Source of the DNA: Obrimoposthia wandeli
Lineage: Eukaryota
Direction of reading: 5' to 3'
Assembly (NCBI GenBank): GCA_977020255.1
Contig: CDROCS010000777.1
Span: 868,001 to 932,000 of the forward strand
Length of the DNA stretch: 64,000 bases
The notes under the pieces are model-generated. The model was not told the origin of the DNA, searched no databases, and worked only from the letters and a program-made list of their open reading frames with translations. The first letter of the stretch is position 1, and each line of letters starts with the position of its first letter. Below, one piece after another: positions 14,381-27,150 of the stretch. The translations under genes and the position numbers were made by a program.

Positions 14381-16599
14381 TCTACCAGCAATTTTAAAAA
14401 ATCTTATTATTCTGCAAAAATAAAAGCAAAAAATTTTGTAAATAATAATTTAGTAGAAACGCGACTAATCTTTGTTTAAAATTAATAAGTAGAAACTTCG
14501 TTTGCTTGATGGCTCCATATTTTTGAGGTATTTTATTTCGGTAATGTTTAACTAGAGAAATATTTTGGAACTATTAAAACTCTTAAATAAATTATTTTCA
14601 ATAACTAATATAATTTTAAAAACCTCGGCAAAATATCTAAATGTTTAAAATTATGCCTTATGAAATATCTTATTATCCAGCGTCAATGTTTAAAATACAT
14701 ATTTATTGAATGGTTATTTAAGATGTATAAGCGAGGTTTAAAGTTTATATTCTACACTCGCCCATTTTATTCCTGGGCTTCGAAATAATTCCCATTTCAT
14801 TAAATATTAAATACACATGTTTATTATGTATAGTTATTAAAATTATTGAATAAAAATTCTGAATTCTATTTGGAAATTTTTTCTTCTATATTTCTTGAAA
14901 GTCAGTCTAGTCTTAGACTCTCGAGTAATCAATCATAATTAATCAAACACTGTAGTGTCTTCTAGAAGAGAAAAAACATGTTATCATTAATTTAAATAAA
15001 GCCACATATTGATCAGCGAATCACTCACAATACTGCACATAAGCCCCATTATATACCAACAACTCTTTTTATGCTTTTCTGACTATTACAGAGTCCCCTC
15101 AGAGTGCCCACAAACACACGAAACAACATTAAACTGCATTATTAAAACTTGCCTAATGTTCAAATAATTGTGATTCGGCAAATGCTGATAGAGCACATTA
15201 AAGTTTGACTTGATACATCTTATTTGAATTTGAATGGGTCAATGGGTGGTGATGATGATTATGAATGAATCTGATTTGTCTGGTGCACATAAATAGGCTA
15301 CAAATAGGCTGGGTATTTCTTGTTTGGGGTGTGTTCAGTGTACAGAAGAATTAAAGAAATGTGTTATGATTCATTATCCATAAAAACTTTGTATATGAAG
15401 CGTGATTATTTTAGAATAAATTGACAAAAGAAAGTTGCCTGGATCAGGATATTTAATATACGGTCGTTGAGTCAGCGGTGGAGTCAGCTCAATTGGTGTG
15501 ACTGGAACCTCGTACAAGATTGGCCGGTTGTCCGCTGGTGAAGGCAGTTTCCCTGCTTTGTGATTGTTGTGAGCATTTTCTTGGTGATCAAGCGCCCGAT
15601 GTTTTCGCATTTTACAATAGGAGGAGCCTCCCTAGCTATTCCGGTACGCCCTACTCCTGATCGAGCTCCTTCATAAATAAAAGCCAATTATTTTTTCAAA
15701 TTCAAAATCATTTTACCTGTCCCAGTCCGGAGAAAGCCAGATATCGCAGCTGAGTCTGTGTTTGGAAGCCAAATGTGCTCACAATTCACTTTTGTTCTAA
15801 GTGTGGTGGATGGGGGTGTAAACGTTTTAAGTTGTAGAAAAAGCATTTTTACTTTACTGTTTTGTTGCAAATTATTCATTATTATAAAGTCTCGTATAGT
15901 GCTTTAGGGGTAGTGGTATGTTACAGTCGGTAAACGTAAGGACTTGTCGTCATGAGATTTTGTGAATTTCAGAAGGTAACCTAAATGGTAAACAAATAAT
16001 CATAGGCACTAGCTCAAACTCTCTCCAGATAAAATTCAAGTATCCTATGCGCTTAATCTTTCAATTTCAGATCGCAACTTTAACTGTTGTACCATCTGCC
16101 GACAGTAAATAGCTTTTGTGCGGTTGAAAATTGTATGTATATCTCAGTTTTAAAAAATCACGGTTTCAAGAACAGGGTTCTCCCCCTTAAGAGGAGGGGG
16201 TGGATTATACCGTGAAACTCCACCTATTAAACTGCTGAACTAAAAGTATTCAAATATTAGTTAGTTGAAAACAAATTAAAACAAATTATACATATATAAG
16301 TGAAAGAAGATTTCTAAAATTAAATGCAAGTAAAACTGAATGGTTCAAGACAAAAGAAAACGCAGATAATAAAGAGTATTATGCATTTTGTTTAGTTTCT
16401 ATAGGAATCAAAATATGGGATTTTACTTCGATCAAAATTTAACATTGTCAAATCCAATTAACAATTTATTGATAAAGTGCAACTTTTATCAATGAAAAAT
16501 CTCAAAAATTTGTCAATATTTAACTAAAGAAGTTGTGAAAATATAAACACATTTGGTTAATTCTTTTAAAATAAACTAGTGCAATTAAATGCTTATAAG

Positions 16600-16900
16600 C
16601 CTACTAAATAAGTTGGTACACCATTTTCAAACAATTCTGAACAAATATATACAATGGATATTCAGGCTAAAGAAACGGAATCAATCAGGTTTTATTTTAA
16701 AAAAACTACAATGACTTCTATTAAAGCACAGCGTACGCCAACCTTGAGTATTACTAACAATCTGGAAGACAATAGTCTAATGATGCTTGACTGACCTAGC
16801 AATAGCCAAGATCTTAACCCTCTGGAACATCTTTGGTAGAAAGAAAACCATTGTTGGAATCGTGTGAATGTAACAAAAATCAGCTCATACCCACAGTCAT
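16600..16900 (+). pseudogene. Decayed Tc1-type transposase C-terminus
   Basis: LD*PSNSQDLNPLEHLW matches WPSQSPDLNPIEHLW. Confidence 0.65.
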
Positions 16901-17359
16901 TTATTATTGGAAACGTGACACTGATATCCAGGAAACCCATATTAAGAATATATATATATGTGTGTGTGTATTGTGTATTTCTTTCGTAAACACACCTGTT
17001 TTCCTTTCAACAAGGGTCTTGGGTGAATCAAATGCAATAGTTAAGAAGAATGCAATAAAAATCTATTAATTTTGCCTATCCTATTTTTAATTATTTATCA
17101 CTTTTCCAAGTAAAACTGACTTTTGGACAACATTGAAGTTTTGAGAAAAACTATTTCACGTTTGAGTTGTTTTAAAAGACTGATGGAAGGTATCAGATAT
17201 TAATGAGCATATCTTCAATAAATGTCTGATAAATGTCTGATAAAAAAGCTCACATTTCCCAATTTTGTATATGCTGATTTTATGTTGATTTTAGAAATAA
17301 ATATATATAATTATTTCAGCATAAATTAAATCAAAAAGTTATAATTTTTTTGCATTTTT

Positions 17360-18800
17360 GACAGTGTTACAATTTCTTATATTCATCAGTAAATTGTTGT
17401 AAATATTCGGAACATAAATATCAAATATTCCATCCCTATTAGAGAATTTATTGATCAAACTTCAGTCATCATCGTTGTTTCTAAGATGTATAAAAACGTT
17501 CACTGCACCAGGTTTAAGAAGTTCATATAAATATTCGGGATTTTGTTAGATTACATTTTTTGAAAATAAGTAGGATTTTGAATTGAATTCTAGCTGTGAT
17601 TGGCAGCCAATGGAGATTCATTAAATATTCACTTGTACTAGCACAGTTCTTTAATTCTGGCGTTGTTGTTTGAAACTGTTTACAAGTGATTTGCAATTTA
17701 TATTAAACAGTAAGAATTTTGAAAATTAAATACTGATGTAATAGTCACATCCATTAGCATTGTAGTTATCTCAGCAATTTCTAATTAGGTAAATCGTTTT
17801 TGATATGGATGTTGCATATTCTTATCGATTTATTGAACATTATAGTAACTTTATATAATTAAAATAAAGTTAATTGTTTTAATGCTATATACATTATTTC
17901 TACATTATCCGTCTGTTATTTTTGAAACTGAGTGTTAGATGTTAACTCAGGCTTTTGGAATAATCACAAATTTAACTTTATGTCAGATGATCATTATAAA
18001 TAACTTATAGAAAGCGAGAATTGTTATATTCGAAGTCTAGTAAAGGTTTCTAAAAGGAACTGGAAATTTTAAATTATTGTGAGGTTATTGATAATGTGTT
18101 TAAGAATGCATAACATTTCTTCCTAAATCTTCTTTTTACGTTCTATACAAATTACAACAAGTACAACTGTGATTCTTATCAGCATGTCTGGCTACTATAT
18201 AACCCAAATATACCCACTACAACACCGCAAACTCTTATTGACCAACATTCACACAATCAAATTACTGTGATCCATCAAGTTATCAACATAAGGAATGTTT
18301 CAGTAATTTTATAATAATAAACGTTTAATATTTATAAATATTCTAACATGGGATTTTTAATTAGTTGTACTATTTCTTAAATTACTTGACAAAAGATATC
18401 TATCAAATAACTATTTATTAAATTTATTTTAAACAAAAAGAAATGAATATTTTCAAAGCCATTTAACTGCCATAAAGTCGAGGTTATTAACATCAAATTT
18501 ATGATTTTATTCGATCACAAAGAATTCTTTTGAAAATTAGGGTCAATCAATTATCAATTTCCCATTCTCCTGGGATTTCCAATATCGTGAATTTGAAATC
18601 GAGTTGGTGTTAATTGGTTTCTTTGCATGCGCTTCAAAATTCACATATCATCAAAATTTTGTCTATTTTTCTGTTCAATTTTAATTTGCCTCTGCATCTT
18701 TCTCAACAATTTTTAAGAAATGTCATACCCAGCGGTATTCGGAAGTAAGAAGATTTCTTGTTTTAATACAAACTAATGTTACTGGTGACATCTGTTTTAG
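17360..18800 (-). mobile_element. Decayed hAT-related (DUF659-like) element, copy 2
   Basis: Visible nucleotide similarity to 6580-6800 (TTTCTTATAT(C/T)CATCAGTAAATTGTTGTAAA; CCAATG..TTCATTAA..TTC.CTTGTACTA). Boundaries approximate. Confidence 0.45.
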
Positions 18801-19403
18801 AATTTCAAATTTTTAAATAGTTAATAAAAATAGTAAAAGGTTATCATATACCTGATGCGTTCAATAAATAATGAGACAACAAGGTTTATTATAAAACAAA
18901 GAATATATATAAATAAAGATACATAAGATATTATAAGTAGTCTGCTGATACTGCTAGAACACCATTTAAATCATCCAGATCTATCATATTGTTGAATAAA
19001 AAAATTAAGTATCCCTTTCAAAGCACGAAAAAGCAAAATTTTCAATTCCTCCGAATCCTCAAAATGCATATGATTCCTTTTGGATTCTAATAAGCTAAAG
19101 ATCCACCTATCCAAAAAAATTAAAGCCAGGTGAATATGGAGACAACATTATATCAATTTTCAGTTTGAATAAAGTGCTTTTTCTTTCCCCGGCTCTACTA
19201 GCATATTGTAAATTTCTGTTTTACTTCTTCCTATTCTTCGCATGGTTTCAATAAAAAATCTGTAATTTTCTTTCTCACATTTCATTTTCTTTTTTACACA
19301 TTATCTGTAGTTATAAAATAAACTTACCGGTTCAACGAAACTATTAATAATAATAATATTATGTATTTAAATAGTTCGATATATATTTAATATTATATCA
19401 CCT

Positions 19404-19643
19404 TTAACCCTCAATACGCGGGAACCGAGATAACTCGGTCCCGACAAATACGCATACAGTGACGGGAACCGAGTTAACTCGTTTTTAGACAGGGGATTTC
19501 CCATCGATTTCCATGGTGATGACATACGTATTATCTAAGTTATTTTAATGTCTATAAACAAAATCAATATGAAAACCTAGAGCGACATGGAAACCCGATA
19601 ATGCAGGATGATAATACGTACTGTATTAAATACATAGGGTTAA
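19404..19643. mobile_element. piggyBac-type non-autonomous MITE (~232 bp)
   Basis: TTAA|CCCT...AGGG|TTAA ends and internal palindromic subterminal repeats GGGAACCGAG(A/T)TAACTCGG. Confidence 0.6.
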
Positions 19644-20759
19644 AATACAAATTCAAGGTTGTGAAAGAAAATTATAGCGATTGTCTCAATATTTATTGAA
19701 CACACTAAGTATTATAACTAAGTATTATTTTTACACATTAAAATATTATGCAACTTAAATCGGTATATTCAACAAAAAAAGTTCCTTCATAAACTTTCAG
19801 TTGTTTTAGGCATTTTTTGCAAATGGTGCCTTTCCCTTTATTTGGGTGCGCAAAACCTTAATAACTCCAACCTAATATTTACTACATTTGCATTCAATTT
19901 GTTAACTTTTATAATTCTCCCATTTTTGCATTTATTTGGCCGCTATATATTATGCAAGTTTTGATCGGAATGATTCTTTAGATTCTAACTTAAATAATTA
20001 TCACTAATGTTTTGTTTTTCTGAATATTGAATCCTAACACATACACATCTCAGTTTGAATGGATTGCGGATAGGAAAGAACAACTATATTTTCCAGCTTG
20101 TGGTACGTATATGACAGCAAATTTGAGCACAGATTGATATCGATTCTCTGAAGGAAATGTTTGTGAAAATTTATTTTTAAAATTTAATAATATTCATTCT
20201 TTGTGTTTTTTTTGTATTTGATATTTATCTTTTACCTACTTTTTTTTATTTTCACAAACACAGAATTCAGTTCAATGCAGAATTTTCTTGGTCTCGAGCA
20301 GAATTTAACATTTAAAAAACATACATCATTTACAATTGAACTAAATCTATCCCTCTAATGATCTAATTATATTCAATTCTTTTGAACAAAAAATGGTATC
20401 AAATTTAACTTTCTAAAAAGTAGGGATTTATAATGCATATTTTAGATTGCTTCGAAAAATGTTATCATTTCGCATATGGTTTAATAGAAAGGTGGAAATA
20501 TATTCTCGTAACATATTTGCGTAAACTAAATTAGAAAAGCACATAAAAATGACGCACTTGTTATATTGAGATATACCCGATCAAACAAATGAATAGAAAA
20601 TTGTTATAAGCATAAATAAATTTTCTTTAAATCATACACGTTTTCCTTGATTTTTTCTTTTTAAAGTCCAAAAGCAATCCATAAACATCATCAGAAATTA
20701 TTTATTTTCTATAGTTAAAAGTATTGGTGAAAACATCCACCATGCTCATTCGAAGCTAC

Positions 20760-21700
20760 TCCAAGAGTAAAGGAAGTGGGTCTTCTGGCTCACCCCCGTG
20801 TACAAGTAAGCCAGAAGACCCGAGAAACCAGCAATGTGTATATGTTTCCATGGCTACCGTGACACGTGTTGTAACCATGGTTTTGTTTTAATATTCAATT
20901 TTAGTGCATATTTTGAAATTTTAAAGTTTCTTTAACTCATATCTACTTTCTTTTGTAAAGGTTTTTATTTGTAAAAGTTTTATATTGTAAAAGATTTTGT
21001 AAAGGTTCTGTAAACTTAAAATTGATTAATTTATATTACCATCTTTGTATCAAAGATTATGGTTTGAAGATTAGGTTATTTAAGAAAATCAATCTAAGTA
21101 ATAAATAAGTAATTAATTAAATTATCTCCAATAAACATCGGATATTAATACTATGTTGGAACATACTTTTTAGAAATTATTACATCAGGACTAGAAATGA
21201 AAATATTAAATTATATCCTCTTTCTTTTTCGAAACCTAATTTATTATTTTCAAGTATTGATATCATTTGTTCAATAATGTTTAGAGCATGTATTTATCTC
21301 AGTCATAATTTATTCAGATTACTTGAAGTATATACTTAACTATATTCTCAAAAAATAATATTTTATTGTTCGATTTATCAAACATGAAAATTCTTACAAA
21401 ACTTTATAAGTTTATCGATTCATTGATTTAATCAATATTATGGAAACTTAGAAATTTATATTCAAGCCTCATCAACCAGTCTATTTAATACTTCAAATAA
21501 ATGATCATCGGATAGGTAAAGAAATTAATGTATCGAAGGTTCTAGAAGATAAATTAACAAGATACCTTAGATTTGTGATATTTATATGGTTTAGATGAGA
21601 TATTATCGAGGTGTTCATAAGGCTTGAGAATATAAATTAATAGATAGAAGGTTTAGAAGAAAAAATCACGATTTGTTTAGAAGGTTAATTATATTTTTTC
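20760..21700. repeat. Unclassified interspersed repeat with terminal hairpin, copy 1
   Basis: Hairpin GTCTTCTGGCTCAC..GTAAGCCAGAAGAC at ~20780-20820; the body (~21150-21620) is similar to 52740-53200. Confidence 0.6.
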
Positions 21701-23229
21701 TTTTCTTTCCATTGTTCCATTATACATTTTCTAATAAAATAGTTTAAAAAATAGTAAAAAGTATGTATAAAAAACAAAACTTTGAATAACCATTTTGCTT
21801 AGCGAAACTAAATGATAGTTGTTCTAAAAACTACATAAATTAAAAGCAATTTTCTCAAATAATATTTCAAAATTATTGAAAAAGTTAGACACCCTAATGT
21901 ACATGCTTGCAGAGGCTGTTGACTTTGCATGTCAATCAAGACGATATGGCAACAGGAATTCATGTAATTTCAAACGGTTGGGTTTACTACCAGCACCCTT
22001 CAATAGCATGTGCCTCATTATATCCACTCACTTCACATATGCATATTTATCATTTAATTGTTGTATCATAACTAGATCGGTTTTTTATGACAAGTCATTA
22101 AAAGTCATAATATGTCCTATATTTATGTATTAATAAAGTCATTATTTTAATAAATATAATATTTTTATTAAAATCAAATTAAAATGACCCAATTTCATTT
22201 CAGATTAAAATTGAATGTTACAGATTTAAAGAAAAAATGTTTTAAATTACAAAAACAAAACTTTTCTATTTTATTAAAAAGAGTACTTTTAAAATTGTAT
22301 ATTAACATATATTTGTACAATTTTTGAAAATATGCCTAACAAGGAAACGTACTTTAGGTGTCATAAAAATTAGGAGTTCGCAATTTGTATAAAAATTATG
22401 AAATGAATTCTACATATAAAAGTAATTTCATTATCTGCTAGTTTTCAGTATATAAAAAGTTATCGAAAGAAATATTTATATGATAAATTTATAAATGTGT
22501 TTAAATATATTAAATTATAGAAACACTAACGTGATTATATGAATAAATACCAAATTAAAATTAATTTAATGAAATATTAAATTGTTATTGGTTTAAAATA
22601 AAACCTTACCAAATTCCTATTGGATTTTAAAAAACTATTTCAACTAGTGCGCTTAAATTTTTGGATTTAAATTATTTCAATTAAACCAAATCATAAAATT
22701 TATTTTATAAAAATTTAATACATATAACTTTTTTATTATAAATAAATAGCAGCTAAAACTACATTTTGAATATTGCAATATATTTTGTTTATCATATACT
22801 AAAATTTCACAGAGTTCTTTTTATGACCGTGCGAAACTTTTCCTTGTAAGGTAATTTGATTTTTTGTGTATGTAACTTAGAGTGAATTATTAAATTTAGA
22901 AGTAAATAAATCACTAAAAATTATTGATTTCAGAAGAAATTATTAAAAGGGAATTTAAATTTTCTATTTTTGTAATATATAGTTAATTACGTCTTATTTT
23001 TTATAAAGTCATAAAATAACTCCATATATACCATCGGTTATGCAATATGCATTATGTTTATCACACAAAAAACTGCTTATTTCTTTATAATATTGTATTT
23101 TTTTTCCTATTATATTTGAATACTTATCTATTTGAAATACAATACAATATCGATAACAATAATATATTTATTGTAGCGCTGATATGATTTTTTACTCAAC
23201 AGTGCATCCTGTTTTCCATTATTCAGCTG

Positions 23230-23850
23230 TTTCTTGTATTTTTCAACAATGGACAGTTTATTATATTCATTGTTAAATGGTTTTGAGTATGAATTTCAAA
23301 TATTCCATCACCGTTATTTAGAAACATTTGACCAACCTGCTGTCATCATCATTGTACCCAAGGTGCATATGCAATGTATTGTTCAGGAACCCAAAGGGAA
23401 CTCAAGGCATAATGTGTAATTCAAATATAAAATTTCGACCCGGCCTATTATACATGCTCACTGCACCAGTCTCAAAAAGATCATATAAATAATCGGCTTT
23501 TATGAGAGAATAATATTTTGCTGGTAATTAGAACCTCAAATTATATTCTGGCAGTAGTCAGTAGCCAATGAAGCTTTATTAAATATTCACTTAAACTAGC
23601 CCTTTTCTTTATTTTAAATATAATTCTGAGCTTAGCTTAAAACTTTCTGTAAGCAATTTAATATATAGTCTGGAATATTAAACAGTAAAGAATTTTGAAA
23701 ATCATGTTTTAATGAAATAATTACATTAGTAAGGTATTTTCTCATTAAATAAATCGTTTTGATATAACTGTTGCATGTTATTATCACTTTTTTAATTTGA
23801 CAGTTTCTTGTAATGTTTTCTTTGGGGACGCAACCAATATTTTTCATTGG
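23230..23850 (-). mobile_element. Decayed hAT-related (DUF659-like) element, copy 3, next to the Gypsy insertion
   Basis: 23555-23700 is similar to 17600-17740 (GCCAATG..TTAAATATTCACTT..ACTAGC; TATTAAACAGTAAGAATTTTGAAAAT). Confidence 0.45.
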
Positions 23851-24067
23851 AGTTTCTAAATTAATTATGTTTTCTCAAACATATATGTGTTAAGGTTGAG
23901 AATTAAGAAAATTAAATATTTTAGTTGATTAAATACTAAAATAAAAAAGCCTTGAAAGCAAGGTCGAAAATCAAATTAAAATATTAAGTTGAATTTTAGA
24001 AGTAAAATTAGTGAAATATTAGGGTAAAATTAGGAGGACCACGAAGGTCGTGTATTATGCGAAAATG

Positions 24068-24075
24068 TATAAAAG
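24068..24075 (+). promoter_or_regulatory. Candidate LTR TATA box (TATAAAAG)
   Basis: Consensus TATA. The last ATG before 27271 lies immediately upstream (24065), consistent with a TSS near 24100. Confidence 0.55.
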
Positions 24076-24453
24076 TTAAACTAATTAACCCAAAAGGGAC
24101 AATATCAAAAACAAAAACTTAATTAGAAGAAAAACGGTTAATTACAACCGTCGCTCAAGGATCCCAAAGGTAAGCACTTTTGCGTGCAGTAATTAAGATT
24201 TGTTTTCCAGCTGTCATTGACTGACAGAATCCAAAATCACTAGAAGAAATCGACCAGGAAACCCAAAGCAGCTGCCAGTTGATTGGCAACTAGATTCCTA
24301 CTTAAGAAGGGCCATTTCAGGGAACAAACACAATTTCGGAAGCACTCCGGAATCGACTGAAAACAAGAAATCGACTTCTAGGTAACTTTTAGTGTAAGAA
24401 GTTATAAAAATTGAAATTATCTAGGAAAATTGAAGTGAATACCTGAACTGTAA

Positions 24454-24801
24454 CCAACTGATTAAAGAATTGAGAAACGATTCCAACTGATTAAAGAATT
24501 GAGAAACGATTCCAACTGATTAAAGAATTGAGAAACGATTCCAACTGATTAAAGAATTGAGAAACGATTCCAACTGATTAAAGAATTGAGAAACGATTCC
24601 AACTGATTAAAGAATTGAGAAACGATTCCAACTGATTAAAGAATTGAGAAACGATTCCAACTGATTAAAGAATTGAGAAACGATTCCAACTGATTAAAGA
24701 ATTGAGAAACGATTCCAACTGATTGAAGAATTGAGAAACGATTCCAACTGATTAAAGAATTGAGAAACGATTCCAACTGATTGAAGAATTGAGAAACGAT
24801 T
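24454..24801. repeat. 29-bp tandem repeat x12 inside the LTR (also at ~42478-42825)
   Basis: Unit CCAACTGATT(A/G)AAGAATTGAGAAACGATT; 348 bp = 12 x 29. Confidence 0.95.
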
Positions 24802-24908
24802 CCAACTGATTGAACGATTCTGCCAGGCTCGCAAATACCACATACGGACCCTACACCGGACGTCCCACGAGTTGCTGTAACTGGTAAGCACACAGATTAG
24901 GTCCATTC

Positions 24909-25345
24909 ATTGCCCCTAGTAGGCAATTAGGTTATTTCATTACCCCTAGTTGGTAATTCTACGTTTTTAAAATAATAAGCAAATTCATTACCCCTAGCTG
25001 GTAATTAGGACCTGTGTCTCTTTAACACAATCATTACCCCTAGTTGGTAATTAGGATCGGAACTTTATTCATTGTCCCCAGCGACAATTAGGAAACTTAC
25101 CAGACGTTTTTTCCGTAAGATTCATTGTCCCTAGCTGGCAATTAGGTTCCTTCATTGCCCCTAGTTGGTAATTCGGATAAATATTCATTGTCCCTAGTAG
25201 ACAATTCGGTAAGACTCATTGTCCACTAGCTGACAATTCGATTCGCACATTGTCCGTAGTTGACAATTAGGAGCAAGTTTTATTGTCATCTGGACAATTA
25301 GGATTTTAGGAGATCCCTTGTCTACAGTAGACAATTTGGGTCGAA
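24909..25345 (+). repeat. Array of 12 short stem-loops in the LTR (duplicated in the 3' LTR)
   Basis: ATT(GCC/ACC/GTC)-N5-8-(GGC/GGT/GAC)AAT; most loops resemble CCTAG(T/C)(A/T). Confidence 0.85.
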
Positions 25346-25605
25346 CACACAGAGAGAGTAAGGAACAAAGAAATATTTGGTTAGAGATAAGAAGTAGGAG
25401 CGAAGAAAATTAAGAGAGTTGCGTTATAGATTAACCAACCTGAGTAAGAAGACTAAACCTAAGAAACTTAATCACCTGAACGTAAAATCAATACGTGGTT
25501 CATCCCCACTTCTTGTAGAGACTCACAGAAGTCCTTTAGGAATTTTATCATACTTTTTAGAAATACGTACATAAACGTATTGTGGTGTTAGTTACGTGAA
25601 TTTTG

Positions 25606-25611
25606 AATAAA
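25606..25611 (+). promoter_or_regulatory. Candidate polyadenylation signal AATAAA (functional copy expected in the 3' LTR)
   Basis: AATAAA ~205 nt before the LTR end; position fits an R/U5 border. Confidence 0.45.
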
Positions 25612-25824
25612 CAATTTCCTACATTAGAACAAGTTGTTTTACACCCTTCAGACTAAGAGACATCAAATCAATACCTTCAGATAGTACAAGAGATTAGGCA
25701 ACCATAACACTAAGTAGGCCACGACCAACTTTAAGACCTGCTTCTAATCGAACTCACGTTGGGGCCCTCCGCACACTAAGAGGCTCTATACCAAGTTTCG
25801 TATAGAAACCCCAACATATTAAAG

Positions 25825-25843
25825 TGGTGCCCCGAGTGAGGAT
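25825..25843 (+). other. Primer-binding site complementary to elongator tRNA-Met
   Basis: TGGTGCCCCGAGTGAGGAT, 8 nt after the LTR, matches 18/19 the complement of the animal tRNA-Met(e) 3' end as I recall it (TGGTGCCCCGTGTGAGGAT). Confidence 0.85.
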
Positions 25844-25869
25844 AGCTCGTCGGACACAGCGAATTCACG

Positions 25870-26852
25870 TAGAATAAGTTCAGATAAGTTTTGGATAATT
25901 GAGAATAAGTTTCAGGTAAATAGAATAAGTTCAGATAAGTTGCGGATAATTGAGAATAAGTTTCAGGTAAATAGAATAAGTACAGATATTAAGAATAAGT
26001 TTCAGATATTGAGAATAAGTTTCAGATATTAAGAATAAGTTTCAGATATTGAGAATAAGTTTCAGATAAATTGAGAATAAGTTTCAGATAAATTGAGAAT
26101 AAGTTTCAGCAGAAGAATATAGACAATTGAGAATAAGTTTCAGAAGAAGATATAAGTAAATTGAGTTAAGAATTTGATAAGTTTTAAGAAATCGGGTAGA
26201 TTTGTTCCTCGAAGTTAAGAATTTGATAAGTTTTTGAGAAATCGAGTAGATTTGTTCCTCGAAGTTAAGAATTTGATAAGTGTTAAGAAATCGGGTAGAT
26301 TTGTTCCTCAAAGTTAAGAATTTGATAAGTGTTGAGAAATCGGGTAGATTTGTTCCTCGAAGTTAAGAATTTGATAAGTTTTTGAGAAATCGAGTAGATT
26401 TGTTCCTCGAAGTTAAGAATTTGATAAGTGTTAAGAAATCGGGTAGATTTGTTCCTCGAAGTTAAGAATTTGATAAGTGTTGAGAAATCGGGTAGATTTG
26501 TTCCTCGAAGTTAAGAATTTGATAAGTTTTTGAGAAATCGAGTAGATTTGTTCCTCGAAGTTAAGAATTTGATAAGTGTTAAGAAATCGGGTAGATTTGT
26601 TCCTCGAAGTTAAGAATTTGATAAGTGTTGAGAAGTCGAGTGGATTTGTTCCTCGAGTCAGTAAATTTTATAAGTGAGAATCGAGTGGATTGATACTCGA
26701 AGTAATTAATTGAATAAGTTAAGTCGGGAGACTCTGTCCTCGAACTAATTAAAAAGATAAAATCGTAAGTGAATTTGATAAAGTGAGAATCGAGTGGATT
26801 GATACTCGAAGTAATTAATTGAATAGGTTAAGTCGGGAGACTCTGTCCTCGA
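25870..26852 (+). repeat. Leader tandem repeats: ~20-bp GAGAATAAGTTTCAGATATT units, 49-50-bp unit x10, ~109-bp unit x2
   Basis: Read directly from the sequence; the 49-50-bp units contain TCG(A/G)GTAGATTTGTTCCTCGA. Confidence 0.9.
25913..25972 (+). promoter_or_regulatory. Two candidate major splice donors (CAG|GTAAAT at 25915/16 and 25966/67)
   Basis: Consensus-like 5' splice sites ~70 and ~125 nt after the PBS, the position of retroviral major donors. Confidence 0.5.
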
Positions 26853-27150
26853 ACTAATTAAAGAGATAAAAAGTCGTAAAATAAGAATTGTGAAATAAGA
26901 TAAAAATAATAAGTGAATTGATATCGTAAACGAATACATAATTGATAAGACAACGGATAATAGAAAAGGACCCGCGTATAATACTAGAAGACAAAGTCAG
27001 ATCCCCAAGGAAGAGATAAATAATAATAAAGTTAACCGAATTGAACAGGTTCCCCAAACAGATAACAAAGTAACAGAAAAGACTAGAGTCGAAGAAAACG
27101 TATCAGAAAGAGACGTTGATCAATCAGCGGTTTCAACCGGCAGTTTTAAT

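Larger units (their letters stand above)
23888..25816 (+). repeat. 5' LTR (1929 bp)
   Basis: TGTTAAGG...CCCCAACA; direct repeat of 41913-43839. Confidence 0.98.

Noticed and set aside
24454-24801. 29-bp array as a CRISPR array
   Set aside because: Units are head-to-tail with no spacers, the context is a eukaryotic LTR, and there are no cas genes.
24636-24906. Minus-strand ORFs in the LTR and leader repeats (also 26084-26311 and 42660-42930)
   Set aside because: Stop-free by-products of tandem repeats; the translations are periodic with no domain.
25645-25869. A tRNA-Met gene on the minus strand
   Set aside because: The matching blocks are separated and out of order, so no cloverleaf can form; reported as primer-interaction boxes instead.
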